DNA of 64,000 nt from Styela clava (Eukaryota), in assembly GCF_964204865.1 (NCBI RefSeq), contig NC_135260.1, positions 15,834,478-15,898,477 on the forward strand, written 5' to 3'. This document shows positions 12,401 through 22,971 of the stretch, piece by piece; position 1 is the first letter of the stretch; every line of letters begins with the position of its first letter. The notes beneath the pieces are model-generated. The model made no database searches. It saw nothing but the letters and a program-made list of their open reading frames with translations, and had not been told where the DNA came from. Made by a program: the position numbers and the translations under genes.

Positions 12401-14545
12401 AAGCGAAGTAAGTTTGTGGAGAGCTTTCTTAAGTTGCAAAATCAGCCACAAATGTTTGCATGAGCTTATACTGTTGGGTGCTCAGGATTACCCAATTGTG
12501 TGCAAAGCGATCAAATTAATCATGGCATTACCAGCAACAATCGATGAACGATCTTTTTCAAGTCGGGTCAAGTCATGGTTGCATTCGGCGGTGAAATCAG
12601 ACGACGTTTCAGATTTGAGTGTTCCGCATTACCATCGTGAATTTATCGTTATAATTTATCTCCTTACTTATCGTTAGATGTTAGTTTCTCCCCGCGACTG
12701 ACCTTGTTCGGTTTTGAAGGCGCGAGTGAGCGTCCCAATTTAAATACGTTCAACCAAATGCCTGGCGGACCCAAAAAAATTGAAAATCAAAACGATGCGA
12801 TAGACAGTTTATGAGCAATGATCGTTTTAACAACCCAACAATTATTGCGTATGTCACTAAAGTAGATCTGTAATATATATTACAAATACGGCGTTTCGTT
12901 CAGACACATCTCGTTCAGTTTGGAGGTATACCTGGGACCCAGAAAAACAACTTTCAGTGGTTCCACCGAGAGATGTGTTTCTGTAAACACATGTTTACAC
13001 CTACTATAAACAATATTTGTTAGCTACAGTAATTGGTTTCTCTGAATTATGTAAAATACCCCGTTTTCTCTGACAAAAGTTTCGTTCCAATTTGATTCCG
13101 AAACACTCTGTTCTTTGATTATCTCAACAGCTAACTGGACTTTAAGACACTTCTATGGATATTTATTGTGGTATTTGAACGATATAAACAAGATCACAGT
13201 CCCCAATTCTATTCTAACCGACAATAAATGGTGGCACTATACATTTACATCAGCGTTAGAATTATTAGATACAAACATTATATCGTGGCATCGCGTTAAT
13301 GTTCGCGTCCCGATTAAAATTTTCAAGTTCAAATGAGATCGGCTTTGTCGATAAGTTATTTGTATTCATTCGACGGTTAAAAAGATTTCCAGGTATTTTA
13401 TGTCAAACATTAATATGATATATACTATCACAAACAATACCTAAAAAAAATTTTGTTGAGTGTGCAAATGCGGGAAGAGGGAGACTGATATAAGCGGTCT
13501 GGAATAGTAAAAACAACAACTTTCAAAGCTTAAATATTAACTATTCTGAATCTCATCTTCAGTGGACGAATGCAGAAATGGTGGCACAGTTACATGTGGA
13601 GATAATGCATTATGCGCACTGACAGATCCCGCAACTATGATGCAAGGATGTGTGTGCGAAGAAGGATTTGGGTTCAGTTCTCCAGGCTCAAATGCTTGTA
13701 CGAGTAAGTACAAAACACTCTCAAGAACGCCCGTAATGATTCTTGTCTATATGCGCTTTTGGAATATGAGCGTCCGCACAATCTTTGCCACTAAGTTAAT
13801 GTATATAATATATAAAATCTAGAAACTGATTGTGATATCTTTTTAACCTCTGTTTGTTTGTATAAGTGCCGTTTACATATGTATATATGTATATATTGTG
13901 AAATAAATTATACATTCAGGTTGCCCTCAAACTTCCTACACATTTCCACTGAGATCTACAGCGGATTACGTCGTTGTCGATTACGATCCACCACAATTAT
14001 CACAAGTATCCTTGTGTATGGTGATATCGCCATCGACCACAGCAGGCGAAGGACTAAAAGGAGCTATTTTTAGTTATGCAACACCAGTTAACGCCAATTC
14101 TTTCACAATACATTTTGATACAACAACTAGACATACAATTTACTTCAATCATCCTTCAAGCACGCAGAGAAGCATTAATATCGAAGTGACCCAAGCAACT
14201 CATATATGCTTCCTCATTTCTAAGCCAGACCAATATTTAAAAATGTACAAGGATGGGTCTTTGTTTGCTACACGTACATACACCGACACCGACCCTCTTC
14301 CAGATCTAACAGGATCGTTAATAATAGGACAAGAACAGGACAGTGTCGGAAGTGGATTTTCAACCAATCAAGCATTTGAAGGCCAAGTAGAGAACCTTAT
14401 GTTATGGGAGCGGATATTAAGCACCACAGAAATCTTAGATATGGCAGGTGACAAATGCGTGTGCTCTGGAGACTTTGATCTTGCCCTAACATCTGACGTT
14501 GTAACAGTGAACGGAAATGTTGTTACTTCTTATCCTACTTGTTAA
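6491..14545 (+). CDS. Secreted multi-domain protein: signal peptide, Cys-rich EGF-like module, two C-type lectin-like domains, four EGF-like domains, C-terminal pentraxin domain (13 coding exons, about 720 aa)
   Basis: Exons (phases checked): 6491-6536 MQEKFVVLLLFIILR signal peptide; 6648-6770 MMAQLQCGGACPDCIGTCHNTPNGEICECDADKTGDNCDLC; 7192-7334, 7759-7836 and 8218-8374 form CTLD 1 (GWYDGGNGYQY..CENFGGHLA / YIGLRAKTIDGLFAWTDG / WMAGYPQSIKDHDCGF..CSIIEHGLCEV); 8593-8749, 9647-9749 and 10188-10389 form CTLD 2 (FCQYSIIPH..CEEQGGQLA / LELGVHVGFSKDISTSKFRSDG / EWKPGSPSENTQE..AWMDDSDGSELLPGLCEF); EGF-like exons 10589-10720, 10988-11113, 11642-11773 and 13563-13703, all phase 1-1, the last a DEC cbEGF-like; final exon 13920-14545 is a pentraxin domain (FSYATPVNANSFTIHF ... 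LIIGQEQDSVGSGFSTNQAFEGQVENLMLWERILSTTEI) with stop TAA at 14543. Every junction has a GT donor and AG acceptor with consistent phase. Confidence 0.8.
11381..11590 (-). repeat. Inverted, internally deleted copy of the 5150-6035 satellite unit inside intron 10 of gene B
   Basis: agatagcgattggagaccgccgacttgtcgatc ... cgcgtaacatacgaaagtgaaacaaacaaac ... cttaccgatcgagatcgataagt is the reverse complement of the unit at 5150-6035 (gatcgataggtcggcggtctccgatcgctatct; acttatcgatctcgatcggtaag), lacking about 100 bp of the middle. Confidence 0.7.
12414..12677 (+). pseudogene. Remnant of a hAT transposase C-terminal dimerization domain within an intron of gene B
   Basis: The ORF encodes ..ILLGAQDYPIVCKAIKLIMALPATIDERSFSSRVKSWLHSAV.., matching the hAT family dimerization motif (iPaTsa.sERsFS....l...R.rL). 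No upstream transposase body, so it is a fragment. Confidence 0.4.
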
Positions 14546-15844
14546 CTTGACAAAAATGTGCATTCAAATTTACATACGAAATAAACAGCAATAATTTAAT
14601 ATGACAACCTTTGGCCCGTGCCTATTGATATATTATTTTTTTCGAATTGAATTAGGAATCAGAGTGCTTTGATTCGAATATTTCCGAATCTGATGCTATT
14701 ACAATATTATATTATCGTTACTTTATTCAATAATCACATCAACGTTTCCCAGTCGGATAGTGATTCCCTCCAAGGTGGAATTATACTTTGTTTTTCCTGT
14801 AATACTACCAATATTATTTCGTTTAATATTCGTTTTATTGCTATAACACTTATATCTTCACAAATTGATATACAGTTATACACTCAAATTATTAATGCCA
14901 GTTAGATGTGCTTTAGCACCGTTTTTGCCATGGTTTTGAAAGAAGCAATGATTATAACAGAAACATTTGTAGAAACCTATGTTTTTGATAAGAAATAACG
15001 CAACGGTGCTGTCATTAAAATAATATTATATTGGTACCTCTACAAAGCGTATATATCAGGGGTATTAAAAATCTCTATCAGCGGTAATGCAGCAGCAGAA
15101 GTCTCACTGATATAGAAAAATAAAAGTAACCAAGTCTCTGTCGGCCTTATATTTTCCGGAATAGCGAATCTGTATGTACATGTTTGAAAGGTTTATTATT
15201 ATTTTTTTCTGCTTTGAAAGTAGCAAACCTTTCTTTTTAATTTTGGTCGGCACGCGGAAGAATTTTGTCGGTAAAATTAGCCGATTTTGGCACGCGAGCC
15301 GAAAAGGGTTGCCCGCCCCTGGTATATATGATAAAATATGCTTGGAACTTTTTAACATTTACGTTTTCTAAGTTGAGCAAAGCCATTGGTTCCTCTGAAA
15401 GTACGACCCATACGAAATATAACAAACCCATATAAAATATAACCGCCCTATAAGTGTTACAACCTGTGAACTCATGAAAATATCGACTGTTTGGGTGAAT
15501 TCCAATACAATAATATTTTGGGATTTTACGTGATTATCGGAGTCTTAATCGACTTCAGAAGAATTTTCACATTTATTCCGGAGAACGGAAAACCTAACTG
15601 GTAAAAAAATTTTGAATTCACTTTTGGTTTAGTGTAAAATATTTATCAGCGAAAATGGTATCAAATTACAGACCCAGTTGCCCTTACTGTACATTGATAG
15701 GTGCTTACCTATGGCGGGTAACCGATTCCATTATAACATCATAATATGATGTGTGGCTCTGTTTTATGTAAGTAATGTATCTTGCTTATACAATTAGCGC
15801 TTGAGCGTTTTCCTAACACTTGTCTCTGAGAACCGAGCTCAGAT

Positions 15845-16150
15845 GATCGATACGGCGATAACGACGCGGCTCATCATGCTAAGCCTTAGGAATACGCTCG
15901 CCACCGTACCTCTAATTACTCTGCGTGTGTTGGCAAGTTCGAATCCCATGCGGGGAGGATTACGTGCGAGAGGATTTTTGGACTCCTCTCCGCCGTAGGG
16001 TGGTTCACGCAACGCCTGTCGGTTACGGCTTCCTCCACCATCCATGCTTCCGAAAACAAATAACTAATCCCATACCCGACATTGAATGGTAACCGGACGA
16101 GAGGCCGTGGTTTGCCATATGGTTAAGCCTACTTATAGGCTTCCATCTCC
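15845..16150 (+). mobile_element. tRNA-derived SINE, copy 1
   Basis: tRNA-like head (ggctcatcatgctaagccttaggaatacgctcgccaccgtacctctaattactctgcgtgtgttggcaagttcgaatcccatgcgggg, with box-B-like GGTTCGAATCC) followed by a conserved body (ggtggttcacg.aa..ctg..ggttac.gcttcctccaccatc.a..tcc...aaaacaaataactaatcccatacccgacattgaatggtaaccg). The other four copies are listed below. Confidence 0.6.
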
Positions 16151-16530
16151 CCGGGATAAATGTGTATATCCTATCCTATCCACCTTTTACCTACCTATTT
16201 TCAAGCCAGTGATTTCAAATGATATATGAATGATTTCTTTCAGTAAACATTTCTTTTTAACATTCGCAAGAACCTGACAACTCCGAATATCAATGAAATA
16301 TGTAGATTTAGAAATATGAAAAATAAATTTGAACCTGCTGCGACAGCGAACAGTTTATTGACATGACAAAAAAAGGATTATGTACCATGATAATGGCACT
16401 TCGAAAATGTTTCAAGACTGGTTCAATGCCTCCCATGCAAAATGGTGGTTTAATCTTCATGGAATGCAACCAATTTTCAACAGAAATTTTAAAATTTCAT
16501 CAAAGGCCAAATTTTAGGTATTTTAAGATG

Positions 16531-19500
16531 TCACCAACGTCCTTCAACATTCCAATGTTCAATAAGTTTTTCTCGTATTTCTTTCTGCACTTCCGATACT
16601 TCATCATGTGATAAAGTTCTAGACACATGTCGATAAAAAAGTCTGTAACAGTGGCTTCGTCTTCCAGATCTGTGAACGAATGATAACATCGAAAAAAAGT
16701 TTCAGAATTTCATCATGTTAACAGAATTCAAATAATAATTGATTTGGATCATATTTCATAATTATATATAATATAATATCAATATTGAATGAATGAATCT
16801 AAAAATACCCACTTCGGATGAACAAAGTCATCATGTAAAACCACATTCTCTACAAGATCACCACCAATGGTTCGAACGATATCATAGAAATCCGATGGAT
16901 GGAATTGTTCAGGAATCCAGAATGAAATATCATTGAACAAAGCAGGATGCTTGCTTAGATATGGCTGAAAAAAAAATTTGATAAATATGTATGTCCTTTC
17001 ATGAATAATCTAGTAAAAAAATTTATGATTGTATTGGTGCTTATTAAAAAATTCACAAATAAGACAATTACTATTTCTCCCTTTAATTCTTATATAACAT
17101 TTTCATCCAATTTAATATGCATCAATAATCAATTGAACATCCATTTTAAGCGGTTCGGTCCAAGCAATTAATATTCTTAATATCAACAAATTTACCTTAA
17201 ATTTCAAGTCTTTTATACTTTCTTTGTTCCGAAACTGACTCAAAAACACTTCATTATTGCTCCAAAAATAACGAATATCAGAAATATCAAATAATTTCAT
17301 CGCAAGCCGTTCTAATCCTAGACCAAATGCCCATCCCATTTTTTCATTTGCCCCTGCTGTGAATAAATAATTAGAAATAACTCTGATGGTGATTAATTAA
17401 TGAAGATTAGATAATGAAGAAAAAATCACTTGACAAATGTCTAAAATATCATCAGTGCATTACACAAAGTGAGGCTTTCAATTCAAACAATTTTACCATT
17501 TTATGATTAAAATAATATTATACTCTATATAGAAGAATTTTAATTTATGAAACCAACGACTTGCCCCTTTTCATTATATATACATCATGTTAAATAAATA
17601 TGGCATGGCTTAATAATAGTCCAAAATATTCAGAAAAACTTGTGCTCAAAATCCATATTTACTAATCCACCATAACATATCCGCATGTATTATATAGGAA
17701 CATGTTTCTAACCTTTATTCAATATATCCTGTCTCAAAACACCGCATCCTAAAACTTCCATCCATTCTCCTTCATATTTGACTTCTAATTCAAAGGAAGG
17801 ATGAGTGAACGGGAAATATGCATCAACCCATCTCCTCTCAATATCTAAGATAAAGAAAAAAAACATGATAAGGTATAACCCCACAGTGATAAAAGAGAGT
17901 GTGGAGCTTCATTATACTGTATAATGCTTCAACTGGTAAACTTTTTACCTAATACCTATATAGCCTATTTATCAAGTTCAAGACTGAGAAAAAATTATTC
18001 AAACCAGTGACCAGGTGAATTACGAATTTCGTAATGCCAACAAAGCGTGAAGGAATCTTCTGTGGAAAATCAATAAATATATCATTCAATTTAGTTGTAG
18101 AACACATTCATACATAGAGTACATTCCATATAATTAATTGTTTTAATACACAATTCATCCGCAGGTTCGAATGCTGTGGAGGGGAAATTATGTGCGGGAG
18201 AATTGCTGGACTCCTCGTCGCCTTAGGATGGTTCATGTAAGCTCTGGTTAGTTAGGGCTTCCTCCACCATCAAGTCTACGCATTTAAAAACAAATAACTG
18301 GCTAACTAATCCCACACTCGACATGAACTGATAATTTGATGAAAAGGCTGTGGTTCGCCATATGATTAAGTCGTCTTTCCTCTCCGCCGAGATATATGTA
18401 AATCCTATCCCTATCCTATAGAGTTCTCATATTTATCCCAGAGAAGAGGAAAACGTTTAAGATGGTTTAATCATATTGCAGACAAAGGCCTCTTGTTTGG
18501 TTACCAATGCCAGAATAATTTGGGGATACTTAACTTTTCCATATGCACAGACTTTTAAGGTGGGGGAAGCTGTTATCGAAAAGAGGTTACCATCATGCAT
18601 ACCAAACCTGCGACGACAACGAGTCTATCAATTCTCTCGTACATAGTTGTCATCCACAGGTACTGAACTTTTGAAACAGGGTCGGTCCTAAGCGGTACAA
18701 TGGCAAGCATAATTTTAACACCAATGAATCAACCACCAAGGTTTAAAAATATGCGATTAGGAATTCAAAGAAAATTTTTAATCTTTGACAAAGTAATGAT
18801 TCTTTGTACCACATCCACAGGCTGAAAATTCAAACATATGTGGCAATAAATGAACTTAAAATGAATATGATGAAAGCAAACCTTTCCCAAACAAATTCTG
18901 CATGCAATCTTCCAATGTTTGTTTTAGTGCTAATTCAACAATCTTTGACGCCTCAAGTGTGTGACAATCTTGTTTATCAGCTGCTTCCACTCCATCTTCA
19001 AACAAAGATAAACCACTGGTATCACCTTCTGCATTCTCAAATACCTGTTAAATATTTTATTATTATTATTTTTTTATTAATGATCAAATATTAAATTTTG
19101 GAACGATATGAAATCGTACAAAATTACACCTAATAAGTTATTAACATGGATGTTTATTCAATGACATTTCATTCCTACGCCAAAATTGAGATGAGACTGA
19201 AGTTCAAATTAACGAACTATTATATATTATAGAATATATATGTTTTTACATAATTGAATCCTTTTGACTAGTATTGGGAAACAAACTACCAGTACATTAA
19301 AACTTGTGGTTTAATTCTAAAATAGTTTACCACTCAAGCATTGTCCGTGACCAATGCCAAAGGTATATAGGCCATGTTGGAGATTGGCAACCTCCCGGTC
19401 ATAATATGAACTCTCAATTCTTCAATCTAGCCAAATTATAAAATTATAAACACTCCAGAACAAATATCAAAATTTATAATGTTGAAAATTATATACCTAC

Positions 19501-20648
19501 ATCATGATATGAAAATAATCTAACTCCTTCTAATTGATGAAATGCAGGATAATGAGAAGTATCAATTTCATCTCTTCTGTAACAATCACCAACAACAAGA
19601 AAGGCATCAAGTCCAGATCGAATTAATTCAGCTTCATGAGCTGATGTGTGAGCACGCAACATGGTCGATGAATTTATATAATAGTTGTCAGACTTCCTTC
19701 GACTGATATGATCTGCAAATAAAAAAAAACAAAGAACACCTGTATCATTACTGGTGATAAGCTGTTTTTAGCACTGCATGTCCAGGTGGGTTGCTGCTGG
19801 GTAACTCATAGCAAATTGTGGGATAAAACAACGATAATCAGTGAAAGTTTATAGAAATATAAAAGTAATAGTTGTTTGAATAACTAATCTCTAAACAGTG
19901 AATATTTGGAAGTAATTGTTAAGGGGGAAAACCCTTTTCAGTCCCAACAAACAACAATTTGGTATGTACCAAAATCTGTAGTAATTCAGTAGTACGGTTG
20001 TTTAGATTCTTTTGCATCACTTACATAATAAATCAACCACTGCATACCTTTTGGTATAAGCATACTGTCGAAGTTTTGATAAGGCGATACCACAGGTGAT
20101 AAATTGTCATACACTGAAAATATTGGTCTCTGTCGTGATCTCACATATTTTTCATAAAAATGCTTGATGATGACCTGAAAAACAATGAAAAAAAATTCTA
20201 ATGCTGTTGTAGTACTATCACTGATATTTGCCGAACATAAAAACAAAACATGACAAAAACTTACCTCTTTTATTAAACAAATTGGATGATCCTTCTGAAG
20301 ATGTAAATTTCTATTGATCAGAGATAATATTTTAGGAGTAATATTTGTCCATGTGTCTTGTTTGTACATAACACCATTAATCCAATTATTATTGTTCAAC
20401 TCATTTGAGTTCTTCAGCTTATGATCTGTTGCATATGATTTTGTACAAGTCCAATTACATGACTCAAAGGTTACCAAAACTGAGTTATTTTTATTGATTG
20501 CGTAGTTAGAAACATTTCGATTTTTTATTTTATATCTCGAACTTCTTGTGTATGAATAGTTTGTGCTTCCAAATGAAGAAATGCATCTGCTACCCTGCCT
20601 TCTTATAGACGGTGTTAAATGAAACAGTTTATCAAAATATTTAGCCAT
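16531..20648 (-). CDS. FARS2: Phenylalanine--tRNA ligase, mitochondrial (class II aaRS), 8 coding exons, about 490 aa
   Basis: Minus-strand exons 20265-20648 (mitochondrial presequence to ..[17 protein letters not shown]), 20048-20174 ([38 protein letters not shown]), 19501-19712 ([71 protein letters not shown]), 18882-19044, 17713-17844 ([43 protein letters not shown]), 17196-17356 ([25 protein letters not shown]), 16813-16964 ([45 protein letters not shown]), 16531-16669 ([16 protein letters not shown].. stop TGA). All align colinearly with human FARS2, and splice phases are consistent. Confidence 0.85.
18150..18430 (+). mobile_element. tRNA-derived SINE, copy 2 (within a FARS2 intron)
   Basis: ggttcgaatgctgtggagggg...ggatggttcatgtaagctctggttagttagggcttcctccaccatcaagtctacg...aaaaacaaataactggctaactaatcccacactcgacatgaactgataatttgatg; same family as 15845-16150. 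Confidence 0.6.
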
Positions 20649-20779
20649 TTATCTGGAAAAATACTGCAACATATTAAAAATACACATAAATGGCCTATTG
20701 AACATTTTCTAGGTTTGGATGGAATATGAGATAAAATGAGAGAGTGGGCTATTTCAATAAAACTAGAAATGAGCAGAGT

Positions 20780-21135
20780 GGATTAGAGCAGTGGTGTGAA
20801 ACCTGCGCCCACAAGAAAAAGTTGTGCGACCGCGGAAATGTGCCAATTCTGAATGGTGTGCGGCCCACGAAATGAGTTTTTAATTTAGTTTAATCTGGTA
20901 TGTGCATAATTCCAATCTATTTGCGTTGTTAAGCTCATAACAGAGTCAAATTTATTATCTACGGATGTCCTAACAGCTAGCTTGTGCGAAGTGAACAACG
21001 CACGTCATAAGATCATTTCCAAAAATTTTTGTGCCTGCAACTGCTAGAAATCCTATGTAAAATAAAAGAGCGGCACGAGGTTTCACCCAGGTTATTTGTA
21101 TCTGGCTCTCCTGTATTAAAGGTTGTACACCCCCG
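20780..21135. mobile_element. MITE-like element, family with TIR CAGGGGTG.GC.ACCTTTAATACAGGAG; copy 1, between CCDC25 and FARS2
   Basis: Shares about 200 bp with 30630-30850 (gaaacgagtttttcatttagtttaatctg; ggtttcacccag; atttgcatctggc..ctcctgtattaaaggt..cacccc). Right end 21100-21130 is the reverse complement of caggggtgtacaacctttaatacaggag; the left end is degenerate. Confidence 0.5.
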
Positions 21136-21623
21136 AATTAAAGAATTGAGAAAAATTTCACCCTCTTCAATAGTATGTGCATAACAGCAATTTAAGTAAA
21201 CATACTAAAGAATATTTTTCCGTAAAATAAATAACAAAAATATAAGAAAACAATTGGTAAATATATAGACATGAAATTCTCTTATTGTCAATGGCAGTCC
21301 ATCAACCGCAAATATGTGCGGTATCCATTGAGAACAAGCTCACCTAAATCTAATAGGGAAAAAAATGGTTGAAAACTTCCAAAACAGCCAAAAATCAATT
21401 TTTGACCAGCAATAACTTTTTCCCAAAACCATCCATGAACAAACACATTTGTCAAAGTATTAGTGTGATAAGGGACGGGAAATACATGTAAGTACTTTGA
21501 AGCAATAATGTACCCATCCATCACTAATCTCAATTCTCAAATCACATAAGACTTGTTTGTACATAGTTTTTAAAAACTTTTGTGGAACAAATCAATATGT
21601 CGAAGACTTGATTGAGGCCATGG

Positions 21624-22739
21624 TTACATAAAATCATCAGAATCGTCATCATTATTTGCATTAGTTTTCATTTCTACATCATCAAATAAAGAATCATAAG
21701 AACGAAGAGCTTTTTCTTGTTTCATTTTCAATATTTCCTGTTTTTCTTTTTCTTGCTGTTCTTTCATTATTTTTTTTGCTTCATTTCTTTCTTGCCTGTC
21801 CCTATCTTCTTTTGCTTCTCTCAAATCCGGAAAATTTTCCACTTTAGTTTTGTTTAGTCTATTTACAACATCATTTATCCGTTTTTCAACTTTAATTAAC
21901 CGAACTTCTTTCGAATTGTGGAATCCAACTTGTCCAACCGCCATGTCACCAGTTTTTTTCAAATTTGACCAAAATGTATATACCATCTGAAAAAAGAAAC
22001 AATTACGTTTTAATTTTTTGAAATGCTATAGCCATAATTCTTTCGGACAAAAATGCAACACATTTAGGTATGACTAAATTTGAATCTATAATCATGACTG
22101 TTACTGCCAGTCTAAAATCAAATGGCATGCAAGAAATGACTCAATATATAGCTCAATATATTAATATTTTAATATTGCAGTTCATTTTTGTTGTTGTTAT
22201 TTAGGCATTTACCGCGGTACCATAAGGCATCCACTTTTTATTTGGCATTACGGTATTCAGTTATTTGAGCACAGAGGCAGTTAGCTTCTGTTTTAGACTA
22301 CCTCCGTATAATGTTAACCATTGGGCGTTCCAAAGAGTTTTGATTTGCTAGTTCGGATTTCATATTGCCTAGAACGAATCTGGAAGTTGACTGCAGATTA
22401 AGTCAATCACTCTACTCTTCTTACAGATTTGAAAAAGGTTTAACAGTGTTAAATATAAAAAAGCATCTGACCCACCTGAATATTGTTCAATTTATTCCCT
22501 TGAATACTATTAGCTTTAACAAGTTGAGCACAATCCTGAATGACCTCATATGGCACCGAATCTAGGTCTTCGCTCGGCTTCAAACGCAGATAAACGTGAG
22601 CAGATGACAATTTGTCAACGTGAAACCAGACGTCTTCCGGCCATCCATATTTAATAAGATCTTCGTTTTCATGTTTATCCAATCCCATATAAATTGTATA
22701 AGGTGTACCAGAAATATTACTGGTAAAATAGAACACCAT
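21624..22739 (-). CDS. CCDC25: Coiled-coil domain-containing protein 25 homolog, 2 coding exons, 208 aa
   Basis: Exon 1 (22476-22739) [67 protein letters not shown], donor CAG|gtgggt. Exon 2 (21624-21986, acceptor ttttttcag) [61 protein letters not shown]. The total of 208 aa is the same length as human CCDC25 and nearly colinear with it. Confidence 0.9.
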
Positions 22740-22971
22740 TTTGCACTGTGCAAGTTAACTACAGTATTGATTACAGCAAAGGTAGCGTGCAACATAGAAC
22801 AAGGAAGCGCAACCAACAGTCAGCATACAATCACCCTGACTGCTCAACACATGTACCGTAAGTCAAATTTCGTCTGCGATCAAGCGTATCAATACATCTC
22901 TTATGTATTAATGGATGTTTCCCGATAATCTATTTTTCTGTTTATTGCCCAACGTAACCAACAGTCATCAT

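Noticed and set aside
15845-16150. tRNA gene calls for the tRNA-like heads (also at 18150, 52700, 53800, 54050)
   Set aside because: The heads have A/B-box-like motifs but do not form a clean cloverleaf with a 7-bp acceptor stem. Each is fused to a shared roughly 170-bp body and is multi-copy, so these are SINEs, not tRNA genes.
17990-18070. Candidate FARS2 exon behind a ttttccacag acceptor
   Set aside because: It hits stop codons in the required phase and has no similarity to the protein. The real exon 4 is 17713-17844.
19986-20648. 220-aa minus-strand ORF as one FARS2 exon
   Set aside because: It contains a 90-bp in-frame intron (20175-20264, gtaagt...ttttcag) that inserts 30 unrelated residues between LIKE and [11 protein letters not shown]. 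Its tail after IPK reads through the gtatgc donor at 20047.
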